Of a stretch of DNA of 64,000 nt, positions 37,177 to 48,998 are shown piece by piece. A program made the position numbers and the translations under genes. Position 1 is the stretch's first letter. Each line of letters begins with the position of its first letter. Under the pieces are notes generated by a model. It made no database searches and was not told the DNA's origin. It saw nothing but the letters and a program-made list of their open reading frames with translations. This stretch comes from Malacoraja senta (lineage: Eukaryota), in the NCBI GenBank assembly GCA_038087875.1, contig CM075991.1, positions 2,170,001 to 2,234,000 of the forward strand. The letters are read 5' to 3'.

Positions 37177-38797
37177 TAAGGCAGAGCCAGAAGTGACGAT
37201 ATTTCAGACATTTTTATAGTTCAAATTCTGCCCAGATAGAAAAAAACGAAACTGAAAGGAAATGTCCCCCCCCCCACCCATGCAAAGTCCGAAACTGACC
37301 AGTAGACAGTCAGCACGCTACCTAATCCCTCCCCTACCTCCATCTCTCCTAATGACAGCACCCAACGTAAAAAGAAGGCATATTTATCACTCAATAGCCA
37401 AAACAAATTAATGTTATGGTTAAAAAGTGCATGTTAACTGTGAAAAACAAGAGCTACTTCATATTATTTATCCAGGGTCAAAATATGAAAAACAAGAACT
37501 GCTTCACTTTGTTTATCTAAAGACAGGGGGAAAAAATCCTTTGATGGACATTTTAAAAGTAGAAGAGCTAAGAAAGAAGATCTTAAAAGTTAGTATATAA
37601 TACCATTACATTAAATTAACAGTATCGTAGAGAAGGTAAAAGTTATGGTTTGATACCATCATACTAAAATTCTAAAAAGTAATTAAAGAATAACTCATCC
37701 AATTAAATTCTTAATCATTTACAAAATGATATATTGTCAAAATAGGAACAATAAATCTCCAATTGTAGCTTTGTCGACTATGAGTAACTCCCTGCCGCGG
37801 CTTCAGCCCCATAAGCCTCCAGAAAGCTGGAAGCTTCTTGCGGATTGTTTAAAATATTGGTTGTTACCATTAAAGAGTCATATACGCAGTCTAGCTGGAT
37901 AGAGCGCAGCTGTTTCTTAAACAATTCAGACATTACATTATGGAAAGACTTTCTCAATCCCATAAGCTCACGGCTATCATCAGGAACAAACCAAAACTTG
38001 CATCCTTCATATTCAACCATGCCCAACTTTTTTGCTGCTCGGAGGATATTCTCCTTCATCTGCAAAAAATGAAACTGAACGATCAAATGTCTCGGTTTAT
38101 CTTGGAGACCAGATTTCTTCCCGAACTTGTGTGCGTTATCCAAAATTGGAAGATTTTCATAGTGCTCGGTGTTGAAAGTCTCCTTTATCATTTTAGGCAT
38201 ATTTTATAACATTATCCCCTTCTTGACCTTCAGGCAAACCGACAATTCGCAAATTCAGTCGACAGCTTCTGTTTTCCAGATCCATGTTTTTGATCCTGTA
38301 TTGCTCGAGTGCCTGAGTATTTTCATTCATTTTCTGTTCCAGTATTTCAATCTTCAAATCTCTTTCCTGGCCCAAGGTACGCAAGTTATCAATTTGTTCC
38401 TTCTGTTCAAGAGATTCGTCTTGTAACATAATCAGCTTGTCTTGAACTTCCTTCAATTTGCTCGAAATTCCTTTCATAATTTCTTCCAAACTGCAGAATC
38501 TTGTTTTCATTTCTCCGTTCATTTTCGATATTGCTTCTAAGATACCAGAGTCGAAAGCTGTACCTTCCCCACGCTCCTTCCTTGGAGAAGCTCTTTTTCC
38601 TCTTGTCTCCATCCTTTACACGATTGAAGCGTATAAAAGTGTTATCAACACTTTAAGAAAGGTTAGACTGTACCTTGAAATCAAGTAATAACAAGTAACA
38701 TTGAAAGAGTGGTAAGCAAGAAGTTAAAAGTTAAGGGAGCAAACAAAGTTACAACCTTTACAGCATGCTGCCACTAAGAGCACTGACCTATTTATCT

Positions 38798-39298
38798 GCC
38801 TCTTCCAGTATTCGTCAGACTAACCTGAATCTCACCGGGACACCACACGAGAGTTAGCGAATGGCCGATTCGTCGTCAGACCAGCGGATTAGAGGAAAAC
38901 CGAAGTAGCAAAAGAAAATGACTTACATTGGGGGCCCAATTACCACTCACCGCGGTCCGAGACAACTCAGCTCCTTGATCGCCAACTCGCAGTGACTTGT
39001 CCATTGAGATCCCACTTCTGACACCAAATGTGAATTTTAGTTCTTTTATCTTTATATTGATAATTTAGTCGAATACAGTGGTTGAGTCCAACAGATTTTA
39101 CCGTCCGCGGGGCTTAACTCCAAGGTATCTGTTCGGACTCCGACCAGACTCTTCACAGACCTAGCAGAGCAAGCAACTTGACGTACAGTTGATCACATAT
39201 TTATACAGAGTTGTAGCAATGATGTTTAACACAATATCCACTTCAAATCAATCACAAGCTGTACCCATTCACACGATACTTGCCACTTATACAATTTA
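38798..39298 (-). mobile_element. ERV-like leader, tRNA-Leu PBS (39009-39026) and part of the 5' LTR
   Basis: The + strand ATCCCACTTCTGACACCA equals the tRNA-Leu(CAA) 3' end. On minus, the LTR ends ..TTCACA-tt-TGGTGTCAGAAGTGGGAT, with a TATA-like gtataaata and donor-like GTGAGT/GTAAGT in the leader. Confidence 0.7.
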
Positions 39299-42200
39299 CA
39301 GTGCATTCAGAAAGTATTCAGATCCCTTCACTTTTTCCACATTTTGTTACATTACAGCCTTATTCTGAAATGGATTAAATTCACTTGTTTTTAAATCAGC
39401 ATTCTACACACAATAGCCCATAATAAAAAAGCTAAAACAGGTGTTTAGAATTTTTTGCAAAGTAATTATAAAGAAATAACTGAAATATCACATTTACATA
39501 AGTATTCAGACCCTTTACTTTGTTGAGGCACCTTTGGCAGCGATTTCAACCTCAAGTCTTCTTGATATTCTTCATAATAAAATAATAATTTTGAAATTTA
39601 AATTAAATAAATTATTATCTGCCAAACTTATAAGACTTTTTCAAATTACAAATCAAGAGCACTTTGAATTTGGGGATAAACCGCATAAACATTTGGCTCG
39701 CCAGCTAAAAAAACGAGAAAAGGAACATACTATACCAAAGATCAAATCAGATAAAGGGGAATTATTAACAACACCAAAGGATATTAATAATAGATTTGCG
39801 CAATTTTATGAGAATTTGTATACATCTAAAACGACAATTGATTCCAATAATATCACAAAGTTCTTGGATACCTGTAATCTTCCAAAGTTAGAGCTGAAGG
39901 AACAAGAGGAACTGGGTGCACAAATCTCAATTAAGGAATTAGAAGATACAATAAACTCACTAAAGAATGGAAAAACACCAGGCCCTGACGGATTTACTAA
40001 TGAATTTTATAAAAGCTTTTATGATAAAATAATACCAAGATTACAAAAAATGTACCAATATGCTTTTAAAAAACGAATACTACCTGATACATTAGCGGAT
40101 TCAACGATTACATTAATACCTAAGAAAAATAAAGACTTAGAAGAACCTGGTTCATATAGAGCTATAGCATTGTTAAACACAGATCAAAAAATATTAGCGA
40201 AAACATTAGCTAGAAGATTAAGTAAATACATTAGTAAATTAATAAACCCAGATCAGACGGGGTTTATCCCTAAGAGATACTCATCTAACAATATGAGACG
40301 TCTATTCAACATAATGCACTCACACAAATCTGAAGATCAAGAATTATCAATTATTTCGCTGGATGCTGAAAAAGCATTTGATCAAGTAGAATGGAATTAT
40401 ATGGACAAAGTATTACAAAAATTTCAACTGGGGGAGAATTTTATTCTATGGATCAAGTCACTATATAACAAACCTACAACTAGAATACTAACTAATAACA
40501 TATTATCCTCGAAATTCCAACTATCAAGGGGAAATAGACAAGGATGCTCATTATCACCACAGCTGTTTGCTCTCATTATTGAACCGCTAGCAGAAAAAAA
40601 TAGAATACACCCTGATATCCATGGATATAATACTAAAGATTCATATAATAAAATATCTTTATACGCGGATGATATATTACTGTACATTACAAAACCTCAA
40701 ATCACTATACCAAATATATTAAATTTAATTGAAGACTTTGGATCTTTTTCTGGATATAGAATAAATTGGAATAAAAGTGAAATTATGTCAATAAAACCGA
40801 AAGATTCAACACATCTTTTAAAATTCCCTTTTAAAATAGCTACAGAAAATTTTAAATATTTGGGAATCGAAATTACCAGACAATATCAAGGTATGTTTAG
40901 GGCAAATTTTGACCCCCTACTTTATAAATTAAACACACTAATTAAATTCTGGAAAACGCTCCCAATGTCTTTAATAGGCCGAATAAACGCAATAAAAATG
41001 ATCTTTTTACCACAAATTTTATACCTATTTCAATCGATTCCTATATATCTACCAAAGAAGTTTAAAAAAAAAACTGGATTCAGACATTACTAATTTTATA
41101 TGGGACTATAAATCACATAGAATACAAAGAACACACTTGAACAAAGCTAAAGTATTAGGAGGCTTAGCACTCCCTAACTTCATGTATTATTATTGGTCAG
41201 TAAATATTAAAAATATGATTCAACTGATGGATAACTCCGCCCAGCAAGTGGACTGGATTGTAATGGAGAAAGAGGATTGCTCCTCTAGAAACATTGGAGC
41301 GATCCCCCTTTCTCCAATGAAATTGAATAACATAAATTATAATAAGAACCCAATTATTCATAGTACAATCCAAATTTGGAAACAAATAAAACAAAATTTA
41401 AAATTAAGAAATTTATCACTTTTATTACCTATAGTCAATAACCCTTCGTTTAATCCTTCTATTATAGATAAAGCTTATACACAATGGGATAGACTAGGAA
41501 TTAAAACGCTTGGTGACTTTATGAAACTGGAAAATTACTTTCATTTCAACAATTACAAATAAAATATAAACTCGGAAATAATCAATATTTTAAATATTTT
41601 CAAATATGCGACTATTTGAAAAAATATACAAAAGATCATTATAATAACCCAGTAGATGTATTGGACGAGGCAATGCAGATAAAAGTGGAATCAGCAAACT
41701 CAATATCATATTTGTATAATATTATCTTAAATGTACAAATACCATCTACGGAGGGTATCAGAAGAGACTGGGAACAAGAGTTAGCTATTAAAATTTCAAA
41801 GGAAAGTTGGAATGAATACTTATTAAACGTGCATAAATGCTCGATTAATATAAGACACACTTTAATACAATTTAAAATTTTACATAGATTACATTATTCG
41901 AAAACTAAAATTCATAAGATTTTCCCAAATGTATCATCTATTTGTGATAAATGTCAATCCCAAGAAGCTACTATAGCGCACTCATTCGTTTTCTGTACAA
42001 AAATTCAAAAATTTCGGAATGAAATTTTTGAAATCTTTACAAATTTATTTAAAACAAGACTGATACCCAAAGCAGAATGGATTATCTTCAGTATAACGGA
42101 AGATGGTCCAGAACTAAATGTGTTTCGAAAGAAACTAATGGACAATGGGTTAATAACTGGAAAAAAGCTAATTCTAAAATTTTGGAAGAAGGCTCCAATA

Positions 42201-42705
42201 CCAACTATAAATATGTGGATTTCAAATATGTTTGAAACATTACACCTAGAAGAGATAAGACTCCTCCTAGCAGGTAAACCAGATCACTTCCACCTGACGT
42301 GGTCTGCATTTATAGAATTATTACAAACATAGGGTGCAAAAGTACTTAAAAAAAAAAAATTTGAGGTCAGTTAAGGGGGGATGATAGTTGAAGAGTTGGT
42401 ATGTCCCATTTACGTAATGCTCATAAAAATATTTGTTTCTCTCTTTTTCCTCTTTCTCTTTCTCTTTCTCTCCTAGGGTCTATTTCTTAACTTTTTTTCT
42501 TTTGTTTTTAATTTTGCTCTTATAGGGTCTTTGTCCTTTTTTGTTGTCACATTTCCTACACTTTCACTTTTTCCTTCACTTTCTTCTTTCTTTCAATCTT
42601 TTCCTTTTCTAGTGTAAAAAATAAATGAGTACATTAATTGTAAGAAGATATAAATGACGAGTACTAATGTATGTGGTTGTAATGTAATGTACTTCTAATA
42701 AATAA

Positions 42706-42736
<31 letters not shown>

Positions 42737-42837
42737 GTCTTCTTGGGTATGATGCTACAAACTTGGCGCACCTGTATTTGGGTCATTTTTCTCTGCAGAT
42801 CCTCTCACGCTATGTCAGGTTGGATGGGGAGCGTCGA
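39299..42837 (-). mobile_element. Tc1 transposon right-end fragment, split by an L1 insertion
   Basis: ta|CAGTGCATTCAGAAAGTATTCAGA TIR. The minus strand encodes a decayed RCAK..ASYPRRLE..IAAKGASTK transposase C-terminus across the L1. Confidence 0.8.
39565..42734 (+). mobile_element. 5'-truncated L1 (ORF2 RT and C-terminus, poly(A)) with 11-bp TSD
   Basis: TSD aagtcttcttg at 39554-39564 and 42735-42745. Motifs KTPGPDGF, LDAEKAFD, RGNRQGC and YADD. Poly(A) at 42711-42736. Confidence 0.93.
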
Positions 42838-43167
42838 TATATCTTGTTTCCTTTCCTAAGGTCATAAGTGATAGGAGCAGAATTAGGCCATTTGGCCCAT
42901 CAACTCTACTCCGCCATTCAATCATGGCTGATCTATCTTTCCCTCTCAACTCCATCCTTCTGGCTTCTCCCTGCGACCCAAAACACCACCTATTCCCTTC
43001 TCTCCAGAGATGCTGAGTTACTCTAATTTTTTGAGTCTGTCTTTGGTTTAAACCAGCATCTGCAGTTACTTCCTCCCATTAGAACAGTGCAGCAGAGGGA
43101 CAGGCTGTCGGTGCCGAACATGATGCCAAACCCAATTCTTATCATGCCCGCACATAATCCATATCGA

Positions 43168-43380
43168 TACGATAAGATAGAACTTTATTTTTCATAGGAG
43201 GGAAATTGATCTGCCGACAGTCATAAAAACACAAAATACATGAAACATGAAATTAAAGTGAGGAGTGGAAAGGATTGGGGATGTGCAAAGATTCGGGTGG
43301 AGGGCGGGGGGGTGGGAGGGGAGTCAGTCTCAGTCTACCCCACAACAGAAGGGGGAGGAGTTGTACAGTTTGATAGCCAC
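43168..43380 (-). mobile_element. Probable Rex-type LINE 3' end inserted in a CR1 tail
   Basis: gataagatagaactttatt...gttgtacagtttgatagccac interrupts CR1 3' sequence. Confidence 0.45.
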
Positions 43381-43781
43381 CCTTCTGCATTCCCTCCATT
43401 CCCTGCATATCCAAAAAGCCTCTTAAACACCACTATGGCATCAGCCTCCGCCACCAGTGTGTTCCAGGTACCCACCAACCTCTGTGTGAAAAAAAGGACA
43501 CACACTACCTGTGTAACTCAGCGGGTCAGCAGGGACCCTTCCTCAGACTGATTGCAGGCAGGATGGTGAGGGCGGGGAGGGTATTATCTACATAAACATT
43601 TGTTCTATGTACCTTTTCATATCTCTCGTTTCCCTCTACACTGACTCTCGGTCTGAAGAAAGGTCTCGACCCGAAACACCACCTATTCCTTTTCTCCACA
43701 GAAGCTGCCTGACCCGCTGAGTTACTCCAGCATTTTGTGCCTATTTACTTATAACGGAGAGATTCCATCAGAATCCCCCAG

Positions 43782-44057
43782 TCACGGTGGCGCAGCGGTA
43801 GAGTTGCTGCCTTGCAGCGAATGCAGCGCCGGAGACCCGGGTTCGATCCCGATTACGGATGCTGTCTGTACGGACTTTGTACGTTCTCCCCGAGATCAAA
43901 AAGACGTGCAGGTTTGTAGGTTAATTGACTTGGTAAATGTAAAATTTGTCCCTAGTGGGTGTAGGATAGTGTTAATTTGCGGGGATCGCTGGTCGGCACG
44001 GACCGGTGGGCCGAAGGGCCTGTTTCCGTGCTGTATCACTAAACTAAAACTGAAATA
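43782..44057 (+). mobile_element. V-SINE
   Basis: Head, B box and tail are present. Confidence 0.85.
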
Positions 44058-44129
44058 ACACTTCAGATTAAATTATTACTGGTGAAAGTTCCAATCAAAT
44101 ATTTTACTTAATCTCTCTCTCTCTCTCTC

Positions 44130-44927
44130 AAATCAAATCAAATCAAATCAAAAACTTTATTTGCCATTTGTGCTTACACACATAGGAATTCTTGTGCGGT
44201 TGTTCAGAGAGTCAAGTCAAGTCAAGTTAAAAAGACACACAGAAAAACACATAATCTATAAACTATAAACACATATACTATGATATGTTATGAGGTGGGT
44301 GAGGACATCAGTTCATTTTGTTTTGGCCAAGAGTCTCACTGTGGCAGGGAAGAAGCTCTTGAAAAAGCGTGTTCTGTTTGTGGCGATGCTGTCCGCTCAT
44401 CTGTGCCTGAGGTTGTCTGTGCAATTTTTGTGTTTGAGCAGGGAGTGAGCTGGATGTAGTGTGTCTCTGATGATTCTCTCTGCTCTTTTTTGACAGCGCT
44501 GTGTGTAGATTGTTTCCATGGAGGGAAGTTCCGTTCTGATAATCCTCTCTGCAGTCTTTATGACTCTTTGCAGAGCCTTCCTCTCTGTGTGGTGTTTCCA
44601 TACCACACCGTAATGCCTGTGGTGAGGATGCTCTCTATCAGTCCTTTGTAGACGTGGGTGAGAGGGAGACAGTGCAGACCAGCTTTTCTGAGCAGCCTGA
44701 TGAAGTACAGTCTTTGCTGGGCTTTTTTCACTGTTGCGGCAGTGTTCAAAGTCCAGTTCAGATCTGATGTTACTTGTAATCCCAGGTATCTGTAACTGTC
44801 AGCCCTCTCCACCACAGTCCCCTTGATGATGAGGGGCTGCAGGGGGGGTGGATTTTTTCTGGTCCATTATTATTTCTGAAGTCCATTATTATTTTTATTG
44901 TCTTGTCTTGTCTGTGTTGAGGCTGAG
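44130..44927 (-). mobile_element. Rex/Babar LINE 3' fragment flanked by (TC)n on both sides
   Basis: Motifs LSLNTDKT, VERADSYRYLGL, KKAQQRLYFIRLLRK, IESILTTGITVWYG and HPAHSL. (TTTGA)n tail. (TC)9 lies at 44112-44129. Confidence 0.85.
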
Positions 44928-44976
<49 letters not shown>

Positions 44977-44993
44977 CTTTTTCTTTCTTTCTT

Positions 44994-45032
<39 letters not shown>

Positions 45033-45039
45033 CTCTCTC

Positions 45040-45111
<72 letters not shown>
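44928..45111. repeat. (TC)n/(TTTC)n microsatellite
   Basis: Directly visible. Confidence 0.98.
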
Positions 45112-45114
<3 letters not shown>

Positions 45115-47866
45115 AATTCAATTTAAAACTTTATTGGCATGATACAAAAAACATTGTTATATTGCCAAAGTATGAAACATGACATACATATTTAAGATGC
45201 ATAAGTATAAATACAAGTATACAGTGCATAGATAGATATGTTCCTGTACATAAACTCGCAAGAGGCCTATAGCCTTTTATTGATTGCTACACGTTCTTGC
45301 AGCTGTAAGCAGTACAACAGGATAGCTAATTTAGCAATTCAATATTAATTTCTTAGTGTCAGTTAATGTCAATTAGTGTGTGTGTACATATGTGCATATT
45401 GGTCATTCACCGTCTCTCAGGTTATGGCATGCTGTTACGTATTGGGCACCAAGATGTGCCGTATTTCCTTCACCAAGGATTATTCTTAGTTTTGATGTAT
45501 CGTCTAGTTCCTTAAAGTCAGGGGTTGCCTGACTGAGTTTGTCAAAGTATGTTTTCCTTGTTTTGTCAAATTTTTTGCATTTTAGGAGGAAGTGCACCTC
45601 TGTTTCAACCTCATCTGTCAAACAGTGGCCACATATTCTGTTTTCTCTTGGTTGCCAGAATCTCTTCTGTCTTCCTTTTTCAACTGCCAAATAGTGGTCA
45701 CTTAGCCTGTATTTGGTGAGGGTCTGTCTCTGTTTTATGTCTCTAACAGTTGAGAGATAGTCTGCCAATTTATAATCTCTTTTTAGGGCACAGTAGCATT
45801 CTAATCTGCTTTGGTTTTTGGTTTCTTTATCCCAATGTTCCAAATATGTTTCTTTACATTGTTTGATAATTTGGTTCACTCAAACTGGTGATTGGGGATA
45901 AGTATTGATCTGAGGCTGGTTAGGATTTAACTGGATAGGGTTTAACTGAATGGGGGTAGTTAGTCTCCATACCAACTGACACAGGGAACTCTTTTCTGGG
46001 CTCCCCTCTTGTGTTTTATGGGCTTTAAACTGGAGGGTATCTGGTGGGCTAGATTTAAGGTGATTCCAAAAATTTAGTGCTCTTTTCTGGATATTTATTA
46101 TCAGTGGGTATCTGCCTAATTCTGCCCTACATGCGTTTGTTGGTGTTTTCCTTTGGATGCGGAGGATGTTCCGACAAAATTCCGCATGCAGGGCCTCCGT
46201 TGTATGTTGTTCCCATTTACTATAACTATGGTGACTGACGGCCCCCATACTTCACTACCATAAAGCGCAATAGGCTGGATTACACAGTCAAATATTTTAA
46301 GCCAGATTTTAATGGGAATTTGGATGTTGTAGAATCTTCTTTTTATTGCATACATAGCTCTTCGGGCTTTCTCTTTTAGTGCATTTACTGCCATATTGAA
46401 GCTCCCTGATGCTGCAACAGTTAGACCAAGGTAAGTATAGCTCATAGTGTGTTCGATAATAACACCATTGAGAGTAAATTTGTACTTATCTTCCTGACAT
46501 CTGGTTTTTTTCTGGAAAATCATGATATTGGTTTTCTTTAGATTTACTGCCAGGGCCCAATTTTGGCAGTACTCATCAAGTAGGTCCAACTGTTGCTGCA
46601 GTCCCTGTTCTGTGGGGGACAGCAGAACCAAGTCATCCGTATAAAACAGAGATTTTACCTCTCCGTCCAGGAGACAGAGGCCCGGCGCAGTGCTCTGGTC
46701 CAGCTTTATTGCCAAATCGTTTATATATAAATTAAACAGTGTCGGGCTCAGATTGCAGCCTTGCCGGACGCCTCTTCTCTGGGTGAAGAGATCAGTGCGT
46801 TTGTCCCCAATTTTAACGCCACATTTATTATTCAGATACATTGATTTGATAAGGTCATATACCTTTCCTCCTATACCACAACAGAGGAGTTTGTAGTAGA
46901 GCCCTTCGTGCCAAATAGAGTCAAATGCTTTCTCAAAGTCAATAAAACAGGCAAATATTTTTCCATTTTTTGCTTGGTGTACATGTTTTTCAATGAGAGT
47001 GTGGAGGGTGTAAATGTGGTCAGTGGTACGATGTTTTGGGAGGAAGCCAATTTGGTTTTTACTGAGAATGTTGTGTTTGTTAAGGAAATCCTGCATTCTG
47101 TTATTTATGATACTGCAGAATAACTTCCCTAGGCAGCTACTGACACAGATGCCGCGGTAGTTATTTGGGTCTAGTTTGTTTCCACTCTTATAAATGGGTG
47201 AAATAAGCCCTTGGCACCAAATATCAGGGAAATAACCTGAACGTAGTATGATGTTGAACAGCCTAAGTACTATGTCCTGCATCTCCGGAGTGCTGTATTT
47301 GAGCATTTCATTTTTAATGCTATCTGGACCACAGGCTTTCTTTGAGTGAAGAGATTTTATTTTTAAGGTCAGTTCTTCCAAAGTAATTGGGAAATCAAGG
47401 GGGTTTTGATAATCTTTGATTACTATTTCTAGTGTTTGGAGTTTTTCTTTGATATGAGAGTGATTTGAGTTTATTTTATTTATTGGGATGTCTTTATATA
47501 GATTTTTGAAGTGTGCTCTCCAGATATCACCGTCTTGAATTGGTAATGTTTGTAGTTTTGTTGTGCTCATGTTATTCCACATATCCCAAAATTGGTTTTG
47601 ATTTATGGAATTTTCAATTTCTTCAAGTCTTTTGTGAGTGTGATTTTGTCTTTTGTTCCTAATCGTGTGTTTATACCTTTTAAGAGTTTCATTATATCTA
47701 ATGCGTAAGTCTGGATTGTTTGGTTGACGGTGTTTTTGGTTCGATATTTTCCTCAGATCTTTTCTGACATTCTTACACTCGTAGTCGAACCATTTTTCAT
47801 GGTTGTTTTTTTTGATAATTTTTCTCTTCTGTTTCACAAGGTCAGATTTAATAGCTGCCTTGTGAA

Positions 47867-47869
<3 letters not shown>
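45112..47869 (-). mobile_element. RTEX-like LINE, 5'-truncated, with largely intact RT
   Basis: Long ORF with KACGPDSI, NYRGICV, FIDFEKAFDSIWH, GVRQGCNLSPTLFN and YTDD. C-terminal RLSDHYLAVEKGR..RENRICGHC..ETEVHFLLKC. Tail aataaa...ttgaattgaa. Clade assignment is from motif recall. Confidence 0.75.
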
Positions 47870-47920
<51 letters not shown>

Positions 47921-47928
47921 GTCTCTCT
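47870..47928. repeat. (TC)n microsatellite
   Basis: Directly visible. Confidence 0.98.
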
Positions 47929-47939
47929 ATCACACACTA

Positions 47940-48998
47940 TTTCTACAGCCCCAGCCTTATCGGATCGAACACGGCGGATAATCGAGTATTTACATACAAC
48001 CTGGAGTTAAAAATGCAGAGAAAGTCGATGCAAAGAGCGCATGTTCTCTCTCCTGAACTCGGGTCGGTTCCATCGGCTGCGAGGCAATTTGTAAAGCCCC
48101 GGCGGTACTGCGCTGCGCAGCGCCTGGTACACTGTGGGACCTCACACAACAGTCGAGAGGAGCGGAGATCAAACATCTCCTCGACTCGCTGATAATTCTG
48201 CACCAAATACCGAAAGCGTGGAAGAGAAGGTTTCTGCTTACAGTTGAGGAGGTTAAACTGAAAAGTCAACGTGATCTCTTACGTTAGTGTGAGGGGCTGT
48301 GTGTGTGTGTGTGTCTGTGAGTGTGTAGGTGTCTCAGTGTGTGTGTGTGTGTGTGTGGTGTGTGTGTGAGCGTGTGTGTGTGAGTGTCTGAGCGTATCTC
48401 AGTGTGTTTCAGTGAGTGTGTGTCTCAGTGTGTGTATCTCAGTGTGCGAGTGTGTCAGTGTGTGAGTGTGTGTGCGTCAGTGTGTGTAAGTGAGTGTGAG
48501 AGTGTGAGTGTCTATGTGTCTCAGTGTGTGTGTGTGAGTGTGAGTGTCTGTGTGTCTGTGTGTGTTTGTGTGTCTCAGTGTAAATGTGTGTCTCAGTGTG
48601 AGTGTGTATCTCAGTGTGTGTATGTGTGTGTGTGTCTGTGTATGTGCGTGTGTGTTTGTGTGTCCCAGTGTGTGTGTCTGTCCGTGTGTGTCTCAGTGTG
48701 AGTGTGTGTGTGTGCGGAGCTCCCCCTCTTAAAGCAGCTTGTGAAAAGCAGTGGAGTCAATGAACCAGAGCGTGTCATCAGGCAGCGCAGGCAGGGTTTC
48801 GCTGCCAGATCCGCTCCGCTAGCGGTGCTCGGCAGAGTCTCTCGGCAGAGTTAGCCCGTGTGCGCTGCGAGTCGGGATGGGACAGGAGAGCGGGACGTAT
48901 ACTTTGCAATGAGTTGTCCGCTGTTGGGCTGCGGGCTGAGCCTAGTTGTGGATGGAGCAGTGAGTGGACCGGTGTGAGGTCTCCCGGCCGGAGGAGCG
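47940..48998 (+). promoter_or_regulatory. CpG-rich putative promoter/5' UTR of adra2b
   Basis: Non-TE, CpG-dense sequence immediately upstream of the ATG. The TSS cannot be determined from sequence. Confidence 0.5.
48297..48713. repeat. Degenerate (TG)n-rich tract
   Basis: Directly visible, with recurring tctcagtgtg units. Confidence 0.95.

Larger units (their letters stand above)
32157..38780 (-). mobile_element. Full-length decayed L1 with 17-bp TSD
   Basis: TSD cactgacctatttatct at 32140-32156 and 38781-38797. ORF1 37778-38612 (DLENRSCRLNLRIVGLPEG). ORF2 pieces: NVYAPN, GGDFN, SDHAP, KAPGLDGY, LDTEKAFDSVEW, YADD, HMFWSCP. Confidence 0.92.

Noticed and set aside
39009..39026. tRNA-Leu 3' end match as a tRNA gene
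   Set aside because: Only 18 nt including CCA, adjacent to an LTR end, so it is a PBS.
39534..41093. 519-aa RT ORF as an active or domesticated gene
   Set aside because: 5'-truncated L1 lacking the endonuclease; its first codons come from Tc1 sequence and downstream frameshifts are present.
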